Shown here in pieces: positions 49,888 through 59,399 of a stretch of DNA of 64,000 nucleotides. The stretch comes from a virus, in the IMG/VR virus record IMGVR_UViG_3300028920_000044, positions 32,001 to 96,000 of that record. One strand, 5' to 3'. The position numbers and the translations under genes were made by a program. Every line of letters begins with the position of its first letter. The first letter of the stretch is position 1. Under the pieces are notes generated by a model. It did not search any database, was not told the DNA's origin, and worked only from the letters and a program-made list of their open reading frames with translations.

Positions 49888-50558
49888 TTAACCAGGGGCT
49901 TGCTGACGCTTTCTACGAAGTTTGCTAAGGGCCCATCCACCTAAGAGAGCTCCACCAGCGGCTGCGGCCATTCCTGCAGGATTATCGTCCATACCCTGAC
50001 GAAGACCTTTAGACATTGCTCCCGCTTTTTCTGAAGCATATTCACCAGCAGCACCAATTTTCTTACCTGCTGCGCTGAATCCTTTTTGGGCTGTACGTTC
50101 AAGAGATTTACCAAATCCTTCATCTCTAAATGCTTTCTCGGCACCTTCTCGACCACTTCTGGCACCCATCTTAACACCAGCAGCTCTAGCTTGAGTCATT
50201 TCTGCAGGACTATATCCACCACCAGCGCTAACCATTCCACGTTTAACTGAGTCTCTAGCGCCTCTATACCAATCGGCAGGATTATACCAAGCTTCGCGTA
50301 AGCCGTCACCAGCCCACCCAATTTGCCCCGACAAAAGGTGGGCTACTCTTTTTTTCCTTCAGGTTCTCCAACAGCTTCCATCAAGAACTTTCGAGAAGCA
50401 TCAAAATCCGCTTCACTGATAAGTCCTTCTACCTCTGTACCCGGTTCACCTGTCTTTGTCTCCACTCCTTCTTGAATAACATCAGCGCCATCCGGTTCTT
50501 CCATGATGTTAGCCACGGACTCTTCGATAATCTTATTGACATCGTAACTCATATTCAC
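49888..50558 (-). CDS. Two-ORF gene (50343..50558 plus 49888..50334) probably joined by a -1 ribosomal frameshift
   Basis: A_AAA_AAA just before the TAG stop, downstream hairpin, open -1 frame, no RBS for the second ORF. Confidence 0.7.
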
Positions 50559-50592
50559 TTCCTCCTAGTTTCATTTATATGAACCTTGGTTA

Positions 50593-51234
50593 TTAAGCAG
50601 CGGCAGTAGCAGCTTTTCCTCTTTGTTTAAATCTATTCATAGTTGCTTTAGCCTCTCGCTTCTGACCACGTTTAATAACATGATCTGTACCCATTTTAAC
50701 AGATTTATCCCATACACCTTTAACATTGGTCATGCCTGCAGCAATAGCGGACTTAATACGATTTACAGCATTTCCACCCATTTTCTTAGCACCGGCATAT
50801 CCTTTCGTCATCTTAGCACCCAGAGCTTTAGCTCCATATTTCGCTCTTGCTGACTTCAGAAATGCTCCAGCCTTCTTCTTACCACTCTTGAAAGATTTAC
50901 CAAGATCATCCATTCTATCCCTAAAAGATTTTTTACCACTGTATCCTCTTGGCACCTGATGTACTCCTTTAGCTTCAAGCATTAAATTCTCGTAAAAAGA
51001 AGCAGAGTAAGCCATGTAAGGAGCAAGTACTGTTGACAGATGTTCTTCAAACACTTCATCAACATTGTCAGATTCAAGCATTTCGATATATTTCTCGATT
51101 GCTTTTTCTACATATTCACCTTCATACATAGATGCATCAATTATAGCACCTTCGAGAACTTGATCTAACATAATTTCATCTTCGTTCTCAACAAACAAAA
51201 CCAATTCGGTATTATCTTTAAACATTTTAATCAT
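50593..51234 (-). CDS. Acidic-N/basic-C putative internal head protein
   Basis: Charge switch at LMLE/AKG. Confidence 0.75.
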   Translation of the reverse strand: MIKMFKDNTELVLFVENEDEIMLDQVLEGAIIDASMYEGEYVEKAIEKYIEMLESDNVDEVFEEHLSTVLAPYMAYSASFYENLMLEAKGVHQVPRGYSGKKSFRDRMDDLGKSFKSGKKKAGAFLKSARAKYGAKALGAKMTKGYAGAKKMGGNAVNRIKSAIAAGMTNVKGVWDKSVKMGTDHVIKRGQKREAKATMNRFKQRGKAATAAA

Positions 51235-51251
51235 CCTCCATTGAATTTAAG

Positions 51252-51971
51252 TTATCTTAATTTTTTTGCCGTGAACAATAACGCTTTACCTCTAGCACTT
51301 CGACGTATCCCTTTTCTTTTTAAAGCTCTTTTATTTTGTACAGCCTCTTTAAGTTTAGCTCTCTTATTCTTCATATCAGTACTGTTAACTAACTTCTCAT
51401 ATGCTTTCTCTGATTTTTTATGTTGTTTGTAAGCCGCCTTATGTGCTTTAACTGCAGCCTTTAATTTTACTCCAACATACTTTTTAAGCTTCTTTACTGG
51501 TTTACTTGATTTAATCTTTTTACCTATTGAATCTTTAATAGCCTTCTTTATATTAATAATACCAAGTTTTCTTTTAATAATATTAGACTTCGATAATTTC
51601 TTGATATCTTCTTTGGCTATTTTTTTCGCCTTTTGTCCATCAATCTTTGACTTCTTCTTCTTAATTTTAGGGACATTGGCTTTAGTATTTTTGTAATCAT
51701 CGGCTGATGCCGAATGCTTATTAACTATGCTAGCTACTTTCTTCGCCATTCCTTGATCATCAATCTCTTCATTCCAATTTTTCTCGAACAATATCGATTC
51801 AAAAAATAAAAGATTTTGAGACAGATATAAATCAAGTCTTTCAAACACAAACGATTCTAACTTAGTACCATCATCAGCACTATTAGCATATTTTTCAAGA
51901 GCTGTAATAACATCATCATTTTCGTAAAAAACAAGATCACTAAGAGACTGTTTTAATAGAAATTCTAACAT
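51252..51971 (-). CDS. Acidic-N/basic-C putative internal head protein with Lys-rich tail
   Basis: LVFYEND resembles LVLFVENED of the neighbour; ILFE then Lys-rich. Confidence 0.75.
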   Translation of the reverse strand: MLEFLLKQSLSDLVFYENDDVITALEKYANSADDGTKLESFVFERLDLYLSQNLLFFESILFEKNWNEEIDDQGMAKKVASIVNKHSASADDYKNTKANVPKIKKKKSKIDGQKAKKIAKEDIKKLSKSNIIKRKLGIINIKKAIKDSIGKKIKSSKPVKKLKKYVGVKLKAAVKAHKAAYKQHKKSEKAYEKLVNSTDMKNKRAKLKEAVQNKRALKRKGIRRSARGKALLFTAKKLR

Positions 51972-51985
51972 AGTAAGTTCCTTAA

Positions 51986-52666
51986 TTACACATACTTATA
52001 AGTTTGCCCAATTGCATGCTCGTCTTTTTCTCTCTGCTTTCGTGCTGCTCTAACTGCACCAGGCTTATCAAGAAATCTTTGTCCTGAAGACTTAAGGTAT
52101 TTCGACTGCAACTTTCTTCCACCACCAACAAGTCCTGCTCCTGCAGCTCCTGCAGCTTGAGCGCCACCTCTTAATAAACTTCCAGCAGCTTTCCCATAAA
52201 GACCAGTTTGAACATAAGCCTTAGCTCGTTTCAAACTTGTTCCTGTGTTTTTAAGTCTATCTTTCGCCCATCCTAGCTTTTGATCTGCATTTTTATTCAA
52301 CGTCTTACTTTGTGCTATTCTCTTTGTTCCAATTCGTTTTAACCTTCTAGCTCGCCACATACTTAACTCTATTATATTACCATATATAGCGGGATAGTTA
52401 GAGTATTTCTGTTCTTCTAAAACTTTAGTGATTGCATAATTAAGTAATGAACCCTCGGTAAATATGCTAGCAGGATCAGTATCATCATAGATAGAAGCAT
52501 TCTTTACTATATATCCACTGATTGCTTCAACAATAGCTTCTTTGTGTTTTGAGGTTAGTTTTCCTTCGATCATGGAAATGAACTCATCACCTAAGTATAC
52601 ACATCCATCCATAATCGACTCATACATAATTTGCTCATGTAATGGGTAATTGTTTTCCATAATCAT
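51986..52666 (-). CDS. Acidic-N/basic-C putative internal head protein
   Basis: Charge switch at IIE. Confidence 0.75.
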   Translation of the reverse strand: MIMENNYPLHEQIMYESIMDGCVYLGDEFISMIEGKLTSKHKEAIVEAISGYIVKNASIYDDTDPASIFTEGSLLNYAITKVLEEQKYSNYPAIYGNIIELSMWRARRLKRIGTKRIAQSKTLNKNADQKLGWAKDRLKNTGTSLKRAKAYVQTGLYGKAAGSLLRGGAQAAGAAGAGLVGGGRKLQSKYLKSSGQRFLDKPGAVRAARKQREKDEHAIGQTYKYV

Positions 52667-52669
52667 TCC

Positions 52670-52882
52670 TTATTTAGGTCTACCGTCTATCACTTCAGTC
52701 GGTACTATATCCTCAAAGTATTTATTTACTCGATCAACTTGTCGTTCCTCATCAGTTGCAAGCCAGTCTTTCTTTATAGGTTCCTTAACCCAACCTTCAT
52801 TAAGACGTCTTAATCGTTTAGCTACACCTAAAGCACCCAATCCTGCTGTTATACCAACTATCTCCATTTCGTTTAACGCCAT
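52670..52882 (-). CDS. GITAGLGAL-KRLRR family peptide
   Basis: AAGGAG RBS; motif. Confidence 0.75.
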   Translation of the reverse strand: MALNEMEIVGITAGLGALGVAKRLRRLNEGWVKEPIKKDWLATDEERQVDRVNKYFEDIVPTEVIDGRPK

Positions 52883-52896
52883 GTTTTGTCTCTCCT

Positions 52897-53166
52897 TTAT
52901 ATTACAGTGCCTATAGCTCCAGCAGCAGCTCCAGCAGCAGTAGATATCGCTAAATCTCTACGAGATTTCTTTTTCTCTTCTGGAGTTTTCTTATGTTTAG
53001 ATTGAGTTAATTTAGATGCTGCTGCACCACTAAGACCCCATACGGTTGCTTGTTTTAGAGCTGCTTTAGCACCACCACCTTTTACAGCAGCATGTAAAGC
53101 ATTCTTTAATTGTTTGACTGGTATGTCGTCTATATTAATTTCAAATAAATGTGCAACAGGTATCAT
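52897..53166 (-). CDS. Tagged protein (MIPVAHLFE) with Gly/Ala-rich segments
   Basis: Start moved to ATG 53166. Confidence 0.7.
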   Translation of the reverse strand: MIPVAHLFEINIDDIPVKQLKNALHAAVKGGGAKAALKQATVWGLSGAAASKLTQSKHKKTPEEKKKSRRDLAISTAAGAAAGAIGTVI

Positions 53167-53170
53167 TATA

Positions 53171-53317
53171 TCAGTCCTTGTCACTTGCCTGTTTACTTTC
53201 AACAATTTTTTCTTGATTAGAAGGGGTATCGCTCGTTTCTTGAACCCTTCGTAGTTTCTTAGCGAAATTCATCGCTCCTAATCCTGCTGTTATTCCGGTT
53301 AATTCTATGTTTGTCAT
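53171..53317 (-). CDS. 48-aa ORF absent from the track (MTNIELTGITAGLGAMNFAKKLRR...)
   Basis: Manually translated; GGAGGAGG RBS; paralog of 52670. Confidence 0.8.
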   Translation of the reverse strand: MTNIELTGITAGLGAMNFAKKLRRVQETSDTPSNQEKIVESKQASDKD

Positions 53318-53333
53318 ACCGCCTCCTCCATTA

Positions 53334-54062
53334 TTATTTCTTTGCTATTGTTGGTTTCCCAGCTTTAGCTTTCTTCCAATCGTCATATCTATTCTTTGCT
53401 CCAGCAGCTTTAAGACCTTTCGCTGCCGTGCGATTTACATGATATGCTCCCTTTGCACTATGCAATGTAGTTCTAATTCTATTCATTACTCCTGACTTAT
53501 CTATTGCATTTCCCATTTTCGCAGTAGCCCCAGATGCCGCTTTAGTACTCGATACCATAGCTTTACCAGCTTTCTTCATGGTCTTCTTTGCTTTATCCAT
53601 ACGCCAATCAGCAAATTGTTGTCCTCTTTTCTTGCCTAACCCTTTCATAATCCCTCTTCTAAGAGCACCACCAACTCGCATAGGAGCTCTTAACACAGCC
53701 CCAAGTTTACCACGTAACCGATTAGGATCTTGTAAACCTTTAGATAAATCCCTTCTTGCTTGATACAGAACTTGCCCCGCTTTTTTTGAATATTCTTTTC
53801 CAGCTTTACCATAATCAACAAGTTCATTAATAATAGATTGTCCTGTTTCTACAACAATATTAGCTTCATTTATATTCTCAATTATAGCATGACCAGTTAA
53901 ATAATCACTATAATCACAAAAAAATTCAATTAATTCATTGTCTTCACTAGATCCAATAAGATATCCAGCATCCTCATACATTGCTTCAGCAAATTCAATA
54001 TCTTCTTGAAGTATGACTCGATTCATTCCTAAAGAAATTGCAGCCGTTAGCTGTTGGCTCAT
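53334..54062 (-). CDS. Acidic-N/basic-C putative internal head protein
   Basis: IIENINE..IINE then Lys/Arg-rich. Confidence 0.75.
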   Translation of the reverse strand: MSQQLTAAISLGMNRVILQEDIEFAEAMYEDAGYLIGSSEDNELIEFFCDYSDYLTGHAIIENINEANIVVETGQSIINELVDYGKAGKEYSKKAGQVLYQARRDLSKGLQDPNRLRGKLGAVLRAPMRVGGALRRGIMKGLGKKRGQQFADWRMDKAKKTMKKAGKAMVSSTKAASGATAKMGNAIDKSGVMNRIRTTLHSAKGAYHVNRTAAKGLKAAGAKNRYDDWKKAKAGKPTIAKK

Positions 54063-55498
54063 AACATAGTCCCCTCATTTATTGCAATATTCAAAGCTGC
54101 ACAACTCTGCTTTGTAGGTTCCTCTTCGACAAATTGAATCATTAATGGATTGATTAATGATGGTTTAAAATCAGTAGTCCACTGTCCTGGTGTTACTTCG
54201 AAACAAACCTTATTTGCTTCTTTATCATATGATAAATAAGGATAGTTTGAAACCAAGTTACCTTTTGTTGTTATGAAGTTATACTTATATCCTCGTTTAA
54301 GCTCAAAGTCTCTTATATCAAATGAAACACAAAATACAACTCGATCTTGAGTTATTTGAGGAGATATGTCATCAGGATCATACACTATAAATGTTCGTTT
54401 AATGAATGTCTTTGGTTTATCAAATAAATAGGTTTTTTGATTGCTCTTTAAATAAATGGGGCCAACTACTGATCCTCTACGAATATTCTCATATTCAGCA
54501 TCTACATAATATTTAATACCATTTGAGAGTCTAACCCATACAGGAATACCATTCTCGACAATCCAATCACCATCAATTGGACCATCAGCCACTACATAGT
54601 TAAACCCAGAAAATTTATCAATCCATACTAAACGCCCTTGGTCATCAACTATCCATCTTCCCTGAGAAGTTGGATTCTTAGGAATAGGCGACCCTAAGTC
54701 TCCTTCTAAATTCGTTTCTCTGAAAGCGTTAAACAGCTTTTGCATAGGATAGTCAACGATTGGTTCATGACCAAATCGACTATAATGTAAATTTATTGTC
54801 TCCGTTATTTCTGGATCAATATCATTAAAAAGATACATAGGCATCTGAGTTAAAAAATTAACCTCCATATTAACCGGAAACGACCTAGTACTGGCGTCAG
54901 TAATCGAAGTACTAATACTCTCAAGACGTATGTGTGGCTTGTAACTCATGGAGTAACAATACTCAACTTGGCCCTTATTTTCGTTTAGTTTCGTAAATAA
55001 GTTAATGATCTTATGCCCATTATTTTTTATCCCAAGGGTTTCAAGATATTGGTATGGTATCTCTAAGAAGGAAGTGTACTCAAGAAATTGAATATACTTA
55101 TTGACTGGAAGATACCGTTTAATCATAAACTCGATATCCTTTGCCTGTAATTGCGACTCACAATTAATTATTATAGTTATAGAACTTTGAACATGTTCTT
55201 CTTGCAGCTTTACCATTCGTCTGTTTTCAGTATTATATAGCGCTACGTGTTGCATTTTATTTTCTGGACCAAATTGTTGAATTACATTTGGTCTTTCAGC
55301 GAATATATAATGATCATCATTAAGCGTTACGATGCATGCAGGAAATTCAAAATTCGGCTTGTAATCTTTATCTACGGCAAAGGATCGATTAGCAATATTG
55401 AAGTCATACGATTTAATTGTATTATTACCGAATATGTGCTTATCAAACATCGTACGAACAGATAATAGCAAATCTGAATAATAATTGTGTATTTTCAT
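54059..55498 (-). CDS. Hypothetical virion protein, possibly tail completion/neck fold
   Basis: 479 aa; FPACIV and ESQLQAKDI echo tail-terminator folds. Confidence 0.5.
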   Translation of the reverse strand: MKIHNYYSDLLLSVRTMFDKHIFGNNTIKSYDFNIANRSFAVDKDYKPNFEFPACIVTLNDDHYIFAERPNVIQQFGPENKMQHVALYNTENRRMVKLQEEHVQSSITIIINCESQLQAKDIEFMIKRYLPVNKYIQFLEYTSFLEIPYQYLETLGIKNNGHKIINLFTKLNENKGQVEYCYSMSYKPHIRLESISTSITDASTRSFPVNMEVNFLTQMPMYLFNDIDPEITETINLHYSRFGHEPIVDYPMQKLFNAFRETNLEGDLGSPIPKNPTSQGRWIVDDQGRLVWIDKFSGFNYVVADGPIDGDWIVENGIPVWVRLSNGIKYYVDAEYENIRRGSVVGPIYLKSNQKTYLFDKPKTFIKRTFIVYDPDDISPQITQDRVVFCVSFDIRDFELKRGYKYNFITTKGNLVSNYPYLSYDKEANKVCFEVTPGQWTTDFKPSLINPLMIQFVEEEPTKQSCAALNIAINEGTML

Positions 55499-55510
55499 AT
55501 ATACTCTCTT

Positions 55511-55915
55511 TTATGCTGCCCGTCTTTGAGGGAATACAGAAGCCATAATTCCAGATTTTGTAGTCCTAGGTTTTCTACCTTTAATAACCGTAAAATCTTT
55601 TCTTCGAGTATCAGGAACATTTGTTTGCCGTACAGATTTTTCAATCTGTTTTTGAGCTGCAGCTGTACTATCAATAGTATGTTGCCTAGATAATCTATCA
55701 CCAACAGCGGCTTTCATATTAGTAAGATTCGATGATGCTTCCATACTTCTAAGTTTATGCTTCAAGTTCTTTTGCATACCTGGTAAATATTTCTTGACTC
55801 CACCACCGAAACTTGAATCTAAATCCTTAGCTAATCCAACATTAAGGCGAGCTTTATTTTTACCATACTTTTCGACTTCTGATGAAAACCTTTCTATTAA
55901 AGGTGTATTGTACAT
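55511..55915 (-). CDS. Basic hypothetical protein
   Basis: AGGAG RBS. Confidence 0.65.
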   Translation of the reverse strand: MYNTPLIERFSSEVEKYGKNKARLNVGLAKDLDSSFGGGVKKYLPGMQKNLKHKLRSMEASSNLTNMKAAVGDRLSRQHTIDSTAAAQKQIEKSVRQTNVPDTRRKDFTVIKGRKPRTTKSGIMASVFPQRRAA

Positions 55916-55923
55916 ATATTCTC

Positions 55924-56148
55924 CTAACGCAGCTTATTATTCATAACTGCGGCAGCTCTCAAGAGGGCTGGATTTCTCGAAGGTAATGTTGTAGGCATTA
56001 CTTCTTTCCTTCGAAAAGGTCTCTTCAGCAGTTGGGCTCCAGTGTGCGCAACATCTCTGAAACTAGGAACACTCATCTCATCAACATTATAGTCTTCATT
56101 TTTAGAAAAATTTAACGGGTCGTTAAACAAATACGATACAGGTATCAT
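55924..56148 (-). CDS. Tagged small protein (MIPVSYLFN)
   Basis: N-terminal tag. Confidence 0.7.
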   Translation of the reverse strand: MIPVSYLFNDPLNFSKNEDYNVDEMSVPSFRDVAHTGAQLLKRPFRRKEVMPTTLPSRNPALLRAAAVMNNKLR

Positions 56149-56882
56149 TTTAAGTCTTCCTCCATTAATTCAGATAATAATTTAATTTTTTCAAATATTT
56201 CATTCTGATATTCAGTACGGTACCTTACTCTAAACTCAAAATAAGTTTTTTGTATATCAGGCCAATGTCCATAATCAAATGACAATGATACTTCATATAC
56301 CATCTTTTCAAAATCGTACTCCTTATAAAGTATTTCTAAATTCTTATCAAATGATTTACTTAAAGAATGCAAACAATCTAGATTATCTGCTGTAAATAAA
56401 ACATAAAGAGTACCACTATTTTGATGTCCATGCCCTTCACACGATGAAAATGTTGTTATTCCAGGAAACATATTAATAGTAGCACATAAAGGAGCAACCT
56501 CTAGATCAATTCCTATAGAATCTTCAAGACCTCCACCACATTGATCACCCTTTCTTGTACTTACATGTGGTAAAAGATTCTTCAATACTATCAATCCTTC
56601 TTCTGGGCAACCTAAATCTCTTAGATCCTTATATTCTAATTCATAGCATTCTAAATATGCAACTACAAAATTAAAGAGAGTTTCACCATTTAGACTTCCA
56701 TAAGGACCAATCATCATAAAATTTTTATTCTTCCTAACTCTATCAGTCTTTACATTTAAACTATTTAATTCTTTAATGTCAATAAGATAATAATTTATTA
56801 CTTTTGATAAATGTTCAATATCAATCAGATATTCGTCCTGTTTGAGAACTATATTGTAGCTGTACTTGTATATCTCTATCAT
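56145..56882 (-). CDS. Hypothetical protein with TFSSCEGH motif (TYW3-like)
   Basis: INMFPGITTFSSCEGH resembles the TYW3 TTSSCSG motif. Confidence 0.6.
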   Translation of the reverse strand: MIEIYKYSYNIVLKQDEYLIDIEHLSKVINYYLIDIKELNSLNVKTDRVRKNKNFMMIGPYGSLNGETLFNFVVAYLECYELEYKDLRDLGCPEEGLIVLKNLLPHVSTRKGDQCGGGLEDSIGIDLEVAPLCATINMFPGITTFSSCEGHGHQNSGTLYVLFTADNLDCLHSLSKSFDKNLEILYKEYDFEKMVYEVSLSFDYGHWPDIQKTYFEFRVRYRTEYQNEIFEKIKLLSELMEEDLK

Positions 56883-57036
56883 TTAAAATCCTTATATTAG
56901 ATAGTATTTCGTTACGTCTATCGCATCCTGAGCGTCGCTCTTTGCCTCCACGAACAAAATAAGTGAGATCCAAAAATTTTCTTCTATTCTCTTGCCTCCG
57001 TCTCTCCGATATTCCCTTCCGTTTTTGGGTCTTCAT
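56821..57036 (-). CDS. Arg-rich RRxxxxRR repeat peptide
   Basis: ERRRQENRR...YFVRGGKERRSGCDRR; overlaps the PilZ gene end. Confidence 0.6.
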   Translation of the reverse strand: MKTQKRKGISERRRQENRRKFLDLTYFVRGGKERRSGCDRRNEILSNIRILNDRDIQVQLQYSSQTGRISD

Positions 57037-57346
57037 CTGGTAACCTTACGCCTAAGAACACAGCTAACCTTCTTCTAATTTCGTTATCAATTGTCGTTGA
57101 ATTAAAGTAAATACCAATATCAAATACCCCATTCGCTATTTCTTGACATCTAAGTGCAGTTGATTTAAAATTTGCATCTCCATCAGGTAATTGTAGCGTC
57201 GTGTCTAATTCAGTTAACCGAGGGATATCTCGACTTGATGTACAACTTAATCCACCCATACTTATGTTCTTGGTCTGACAGTATACACCATCAAGAATCA
57301 CTGTTAATACTTCATTCTTCCTCACAGCCGTTCTATTATCAGACAT
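56984..57346 (-). CDS. PilZ domain protein
   Basis: RTAVR (RxxxR), NISMGG, ALRC, IGIYF. Confidence 0.85.
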   Translation of the reverse strand: MSDNRTAVRKNEVLTVILDGVYCQTKNISMGGLSCTSSRDIPRLTELDTTLQLPDGDANFKSTALRCQEIANGVFDIGIYFNSTTIDNEIRRRLAVFLGVRLPDEDPKTEGNIGETEARE

Positions 57347-57350
57347 GTTA

Positions 57351-57533
57351 TCACCTAAGGCTAGAGTATCTACTCAATACTTTATTTTGATATATTGTAA
57401 ATAATCCTTTTTTCTTCTCTCTCTTTACTGGATCAGGTTCCTTTTTAATGGCATCAGCCATTGCAGGAATTACTTTTGTAGGCTTACTTAAATTAGCTGC
57501 TTTACCATCAAATATATGACTAATTGAAATCAT
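57351..57533 (-). CDS. Tagged small protein (MISISHIFD)
   Basis: N-terminal tag. Confidence 0.7.
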   Translation of the reverse strand: MISISHIFDGKAANLSKPTKVIPAMADAIKKEPDPVKREKKKGLFTIYQNKVLSRYSSLR

Positions 57534-57997
57534 TATGACACACTCCTCGCAAATGTTTTAGCGACATCTCTCGCTTTCTCATCTGTTTTAATAATAAACG
57601 GTTTGCTTATTCTATCGAATCCACTTGTTTTATTAGTAATCTTATCACCTATACCAAAAGAAGCAATAGCTCGATGACTCCATCCAAACCATTTACCACT
57701 CGCCGCTTTACCGAATGAATCTACTGAACTGTTCATAGTTTGTCTTTCTCCTCTAATTCCTAACCACTGAGGATAAGTCGACAATGGATGCCCTTTAGAG
57801 TCTTTTGGTACATTCTTAACAGTTCGATCTTCTGGTGCAATTTTAGTAACAAAATATTGATTGCGTTTAAACTTCTTCATCCTATTTGTTTTAGGATTAA
57901 AGTCTTTAACCTTCTTTTTCTTTCTTTTAACAACAGCATATTCACCAGATTTAAGATCTGGCTTTTTATCTTCAAATAACCAAGATATAGTAATCAT
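57533..57997 (-). CDS. Tagged protein (MITISWLFE) with KWFGWSHRA motif
   Basis: N-terminal tag. Confidence 0.75.
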   Translation of the reverse strand: MITISWLFEDKKPDLKSGEYAVVKRKKKKVKDFNPKTNRMKKFKRNQYFVTKIAPEDRTVKNVPKDSKGHPLSTYPQWLGIRGERQTMNSSVDSFGKAASGKWFGWSHRAIASFGIGDKITNKTSGFDRISKPFIIKTDEKARDVAKTFARSVS

Positions 57998-58006
57998 CGT
58001 TTATCC

Positions 58007-58345
58007 TTATGCCGCGCTTTTAGTAATTCTAGGCATGTTAGTTTTACGCCTTTCAATACCTTTATATGGTTTAACTTTAAGGGTCTTAGGCTCCAATTCT
58101 TTCCTTGCCCTTCGTATCATATTTGTAGCTCCGCCAATAGCAGCATTACCGAATCTCATCATTTGTGTTCTATGTTTAGTTGGAACCATACTAGGATCTG
58201 CACCAGCTGCAAATCCAGACACTCTCCTACCTTCCTTAGACATAACATTAGAGATCCCTAAGTAATCATTTCTCTTTTTAAAAGTTTTAATCTGTGCTTT
58301 GGCGCTAGGACTATATTTCTCAAATAACCATCCTACTGTTATCAT
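58007..58345 (-). CDS. Tagged basic protein (MITVGWLFE)
   Basis: N-terminal tag. Confidence 0.75.
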   Translation of the reverse strand: MITVGWLFEKYSPSAKAQIKTFKKRNDYLGISNVMSKEGRRVSGFAAGADPSMVPTKHRTQMMRFGNAAIGGATNMIRRARKELEPKTLKVKPYKGIERRKTNMPRITKSAA

Positions 58346-58446
58346 AATATATCCTTATAATTAATTACAAACTTATACCTTTTAAGATCAACTAAATTTA
58401 ATCCTATAGTGGGAATTGCTTCAAATAACCAAGATATTGATATCAT
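58342..58446 (-). CDS. 34-aa tagged ORF absent from the track (MISISWLFEAIPTIGLNLVDLKRYKFVINYKDIL)
   Basis: Manually translated; AAGGA RBS; ATGA overlap with the next gene. Confidence 0.7.
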   Translation of the reverse strand: MISISWLFEAIPTIGLNLVDLKRYKFVINYKDIL

Positions 58447-58449
58447 TGT

Positions 58450-59001
58450 TTATCCTTTAGCATGATCAAACTTAACAAGTTTGAAGAACTCTTGACCTGT
58501 CATACGTGGTTTAAGTTTTCTTGGATCAATTTCAACAGAGTTATATCCTTTGCCACCCTTTTGTACCTTCTCCATAAAAGAATATACTAATCGAATTATT
58601 TGATCTATATTATTAAATGGCCCACGTATACCTCTAAATTTAGCAAATGAATGTTCGAAATACATCCACTTATCAATTTGCTTATACGCTACAAATGAAT
58701 GACAACTGGTATAATATTGCTGTATGTGAATTAATTTATGTTCACGATTCCATTTCTTAAAGAAGTAATGTTCAAACCATGTCTGCTCGTAACATGTACC
58801 TATCTTATATTTATACACTTCTTCAGGAGTAGCTATAACACATTTATTCCACCAAAGATCAGGATCGTCAAAATCAGTATACTTTTTATGGTTCTTATCC
58901 ATCCAACCATATTTGATACGATCCATCCATTTTAATAATTCTTCTGGAGTCTTGATATCTAGCATATTCAGCATCTCAAATAAACATTGGATAGGTATCA
59001 T
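58450..59001 (-). CDS. Tagged transglutaminase-like / papain-fold protein (MIPIQCLFE)
   Basis: TPEEV...GTCYEQ, CHSFVAY, WMYFE: Cys-His-Glu triad pattern. Confidence 0.7.
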   Translation of the reverse strand: MIPIQCLFEMLNMLDIKTPEELLKWMDRIKYGWMDKNHKKYTDFDDPDLWWNKCVIATPEEVYKYKIGTCYEQTWFEHYFFKKWNREHKLIHIQQYYTSCHSFVAYKQIDKWMYFEHSFAKFRGIRGPFNNIDQIIRLVYSFMEKVQKGGKGYNSVEIDPRKLKPRMTGQEFFKLVKFDHAKG

Positions 59002-59399
59002 TGTTTGTCCTTCGCTTCTCTTGCTCTATTTATAAGTCGTTCAGCATCTTCTATATCACCTATTGCTCGTCTAAATACATCTAGAAATATTGAATTAACA
59101 TGCTGATCAATCTTATAGCTTTTCTTACCAACATTATTCTCTATTAAAGAAGAAACAATTCCCTTTTTATAAAAAGCAATAAATGAAGCTCTTATACAAT
59201 TCACTGCAACATATTGTGCCATTGTTGGCATACAGGAGTTTGATAATTGCTTTTCTTTATTCGCACACTTATCAATATACTTATCAATATATTTCGAGTA
59301 GAACTGTTCTAATTTCTGAGTTTCACTGTTCGCTGGAATAGCTAAAGACATAAGAGAAATGAATATAAAAAACACTGATATATCTATTAACTTTAACAT
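58998..59399 (-). CDS. Secreted/periplasmic hypothetical protein
   Basis: Signal peptide ending PANS. Confidence 0.65.
   Translation of the reverse strand: MLKLIDISVFFIFISLMSLAIPANSETQKLEQFYSKYIDKYIDKCANKEKQLSNSCMPTMAQYVAVNCIRASFIAFYKKGIVSSLIENNVGKKSYKIDQHVNSIFLDVFRRAIGDIEDAERLINRAREAKDKQ

Noticed and set aside
50343-50345. Stop-codon reassignment or TAG readthrough
   Set aside because: Long genes are intact in code 11; the in-frame sequence after this TAG looks like a shadow frame, while the -1 frame matches the paralog architecture
56984-57036. Programmed frameshift joining PilZ and the RR peptide
   Set aside because: The second ORF has its own ATG with AAGG upstream, and there is no canonical slippery heptamer with a hairpin
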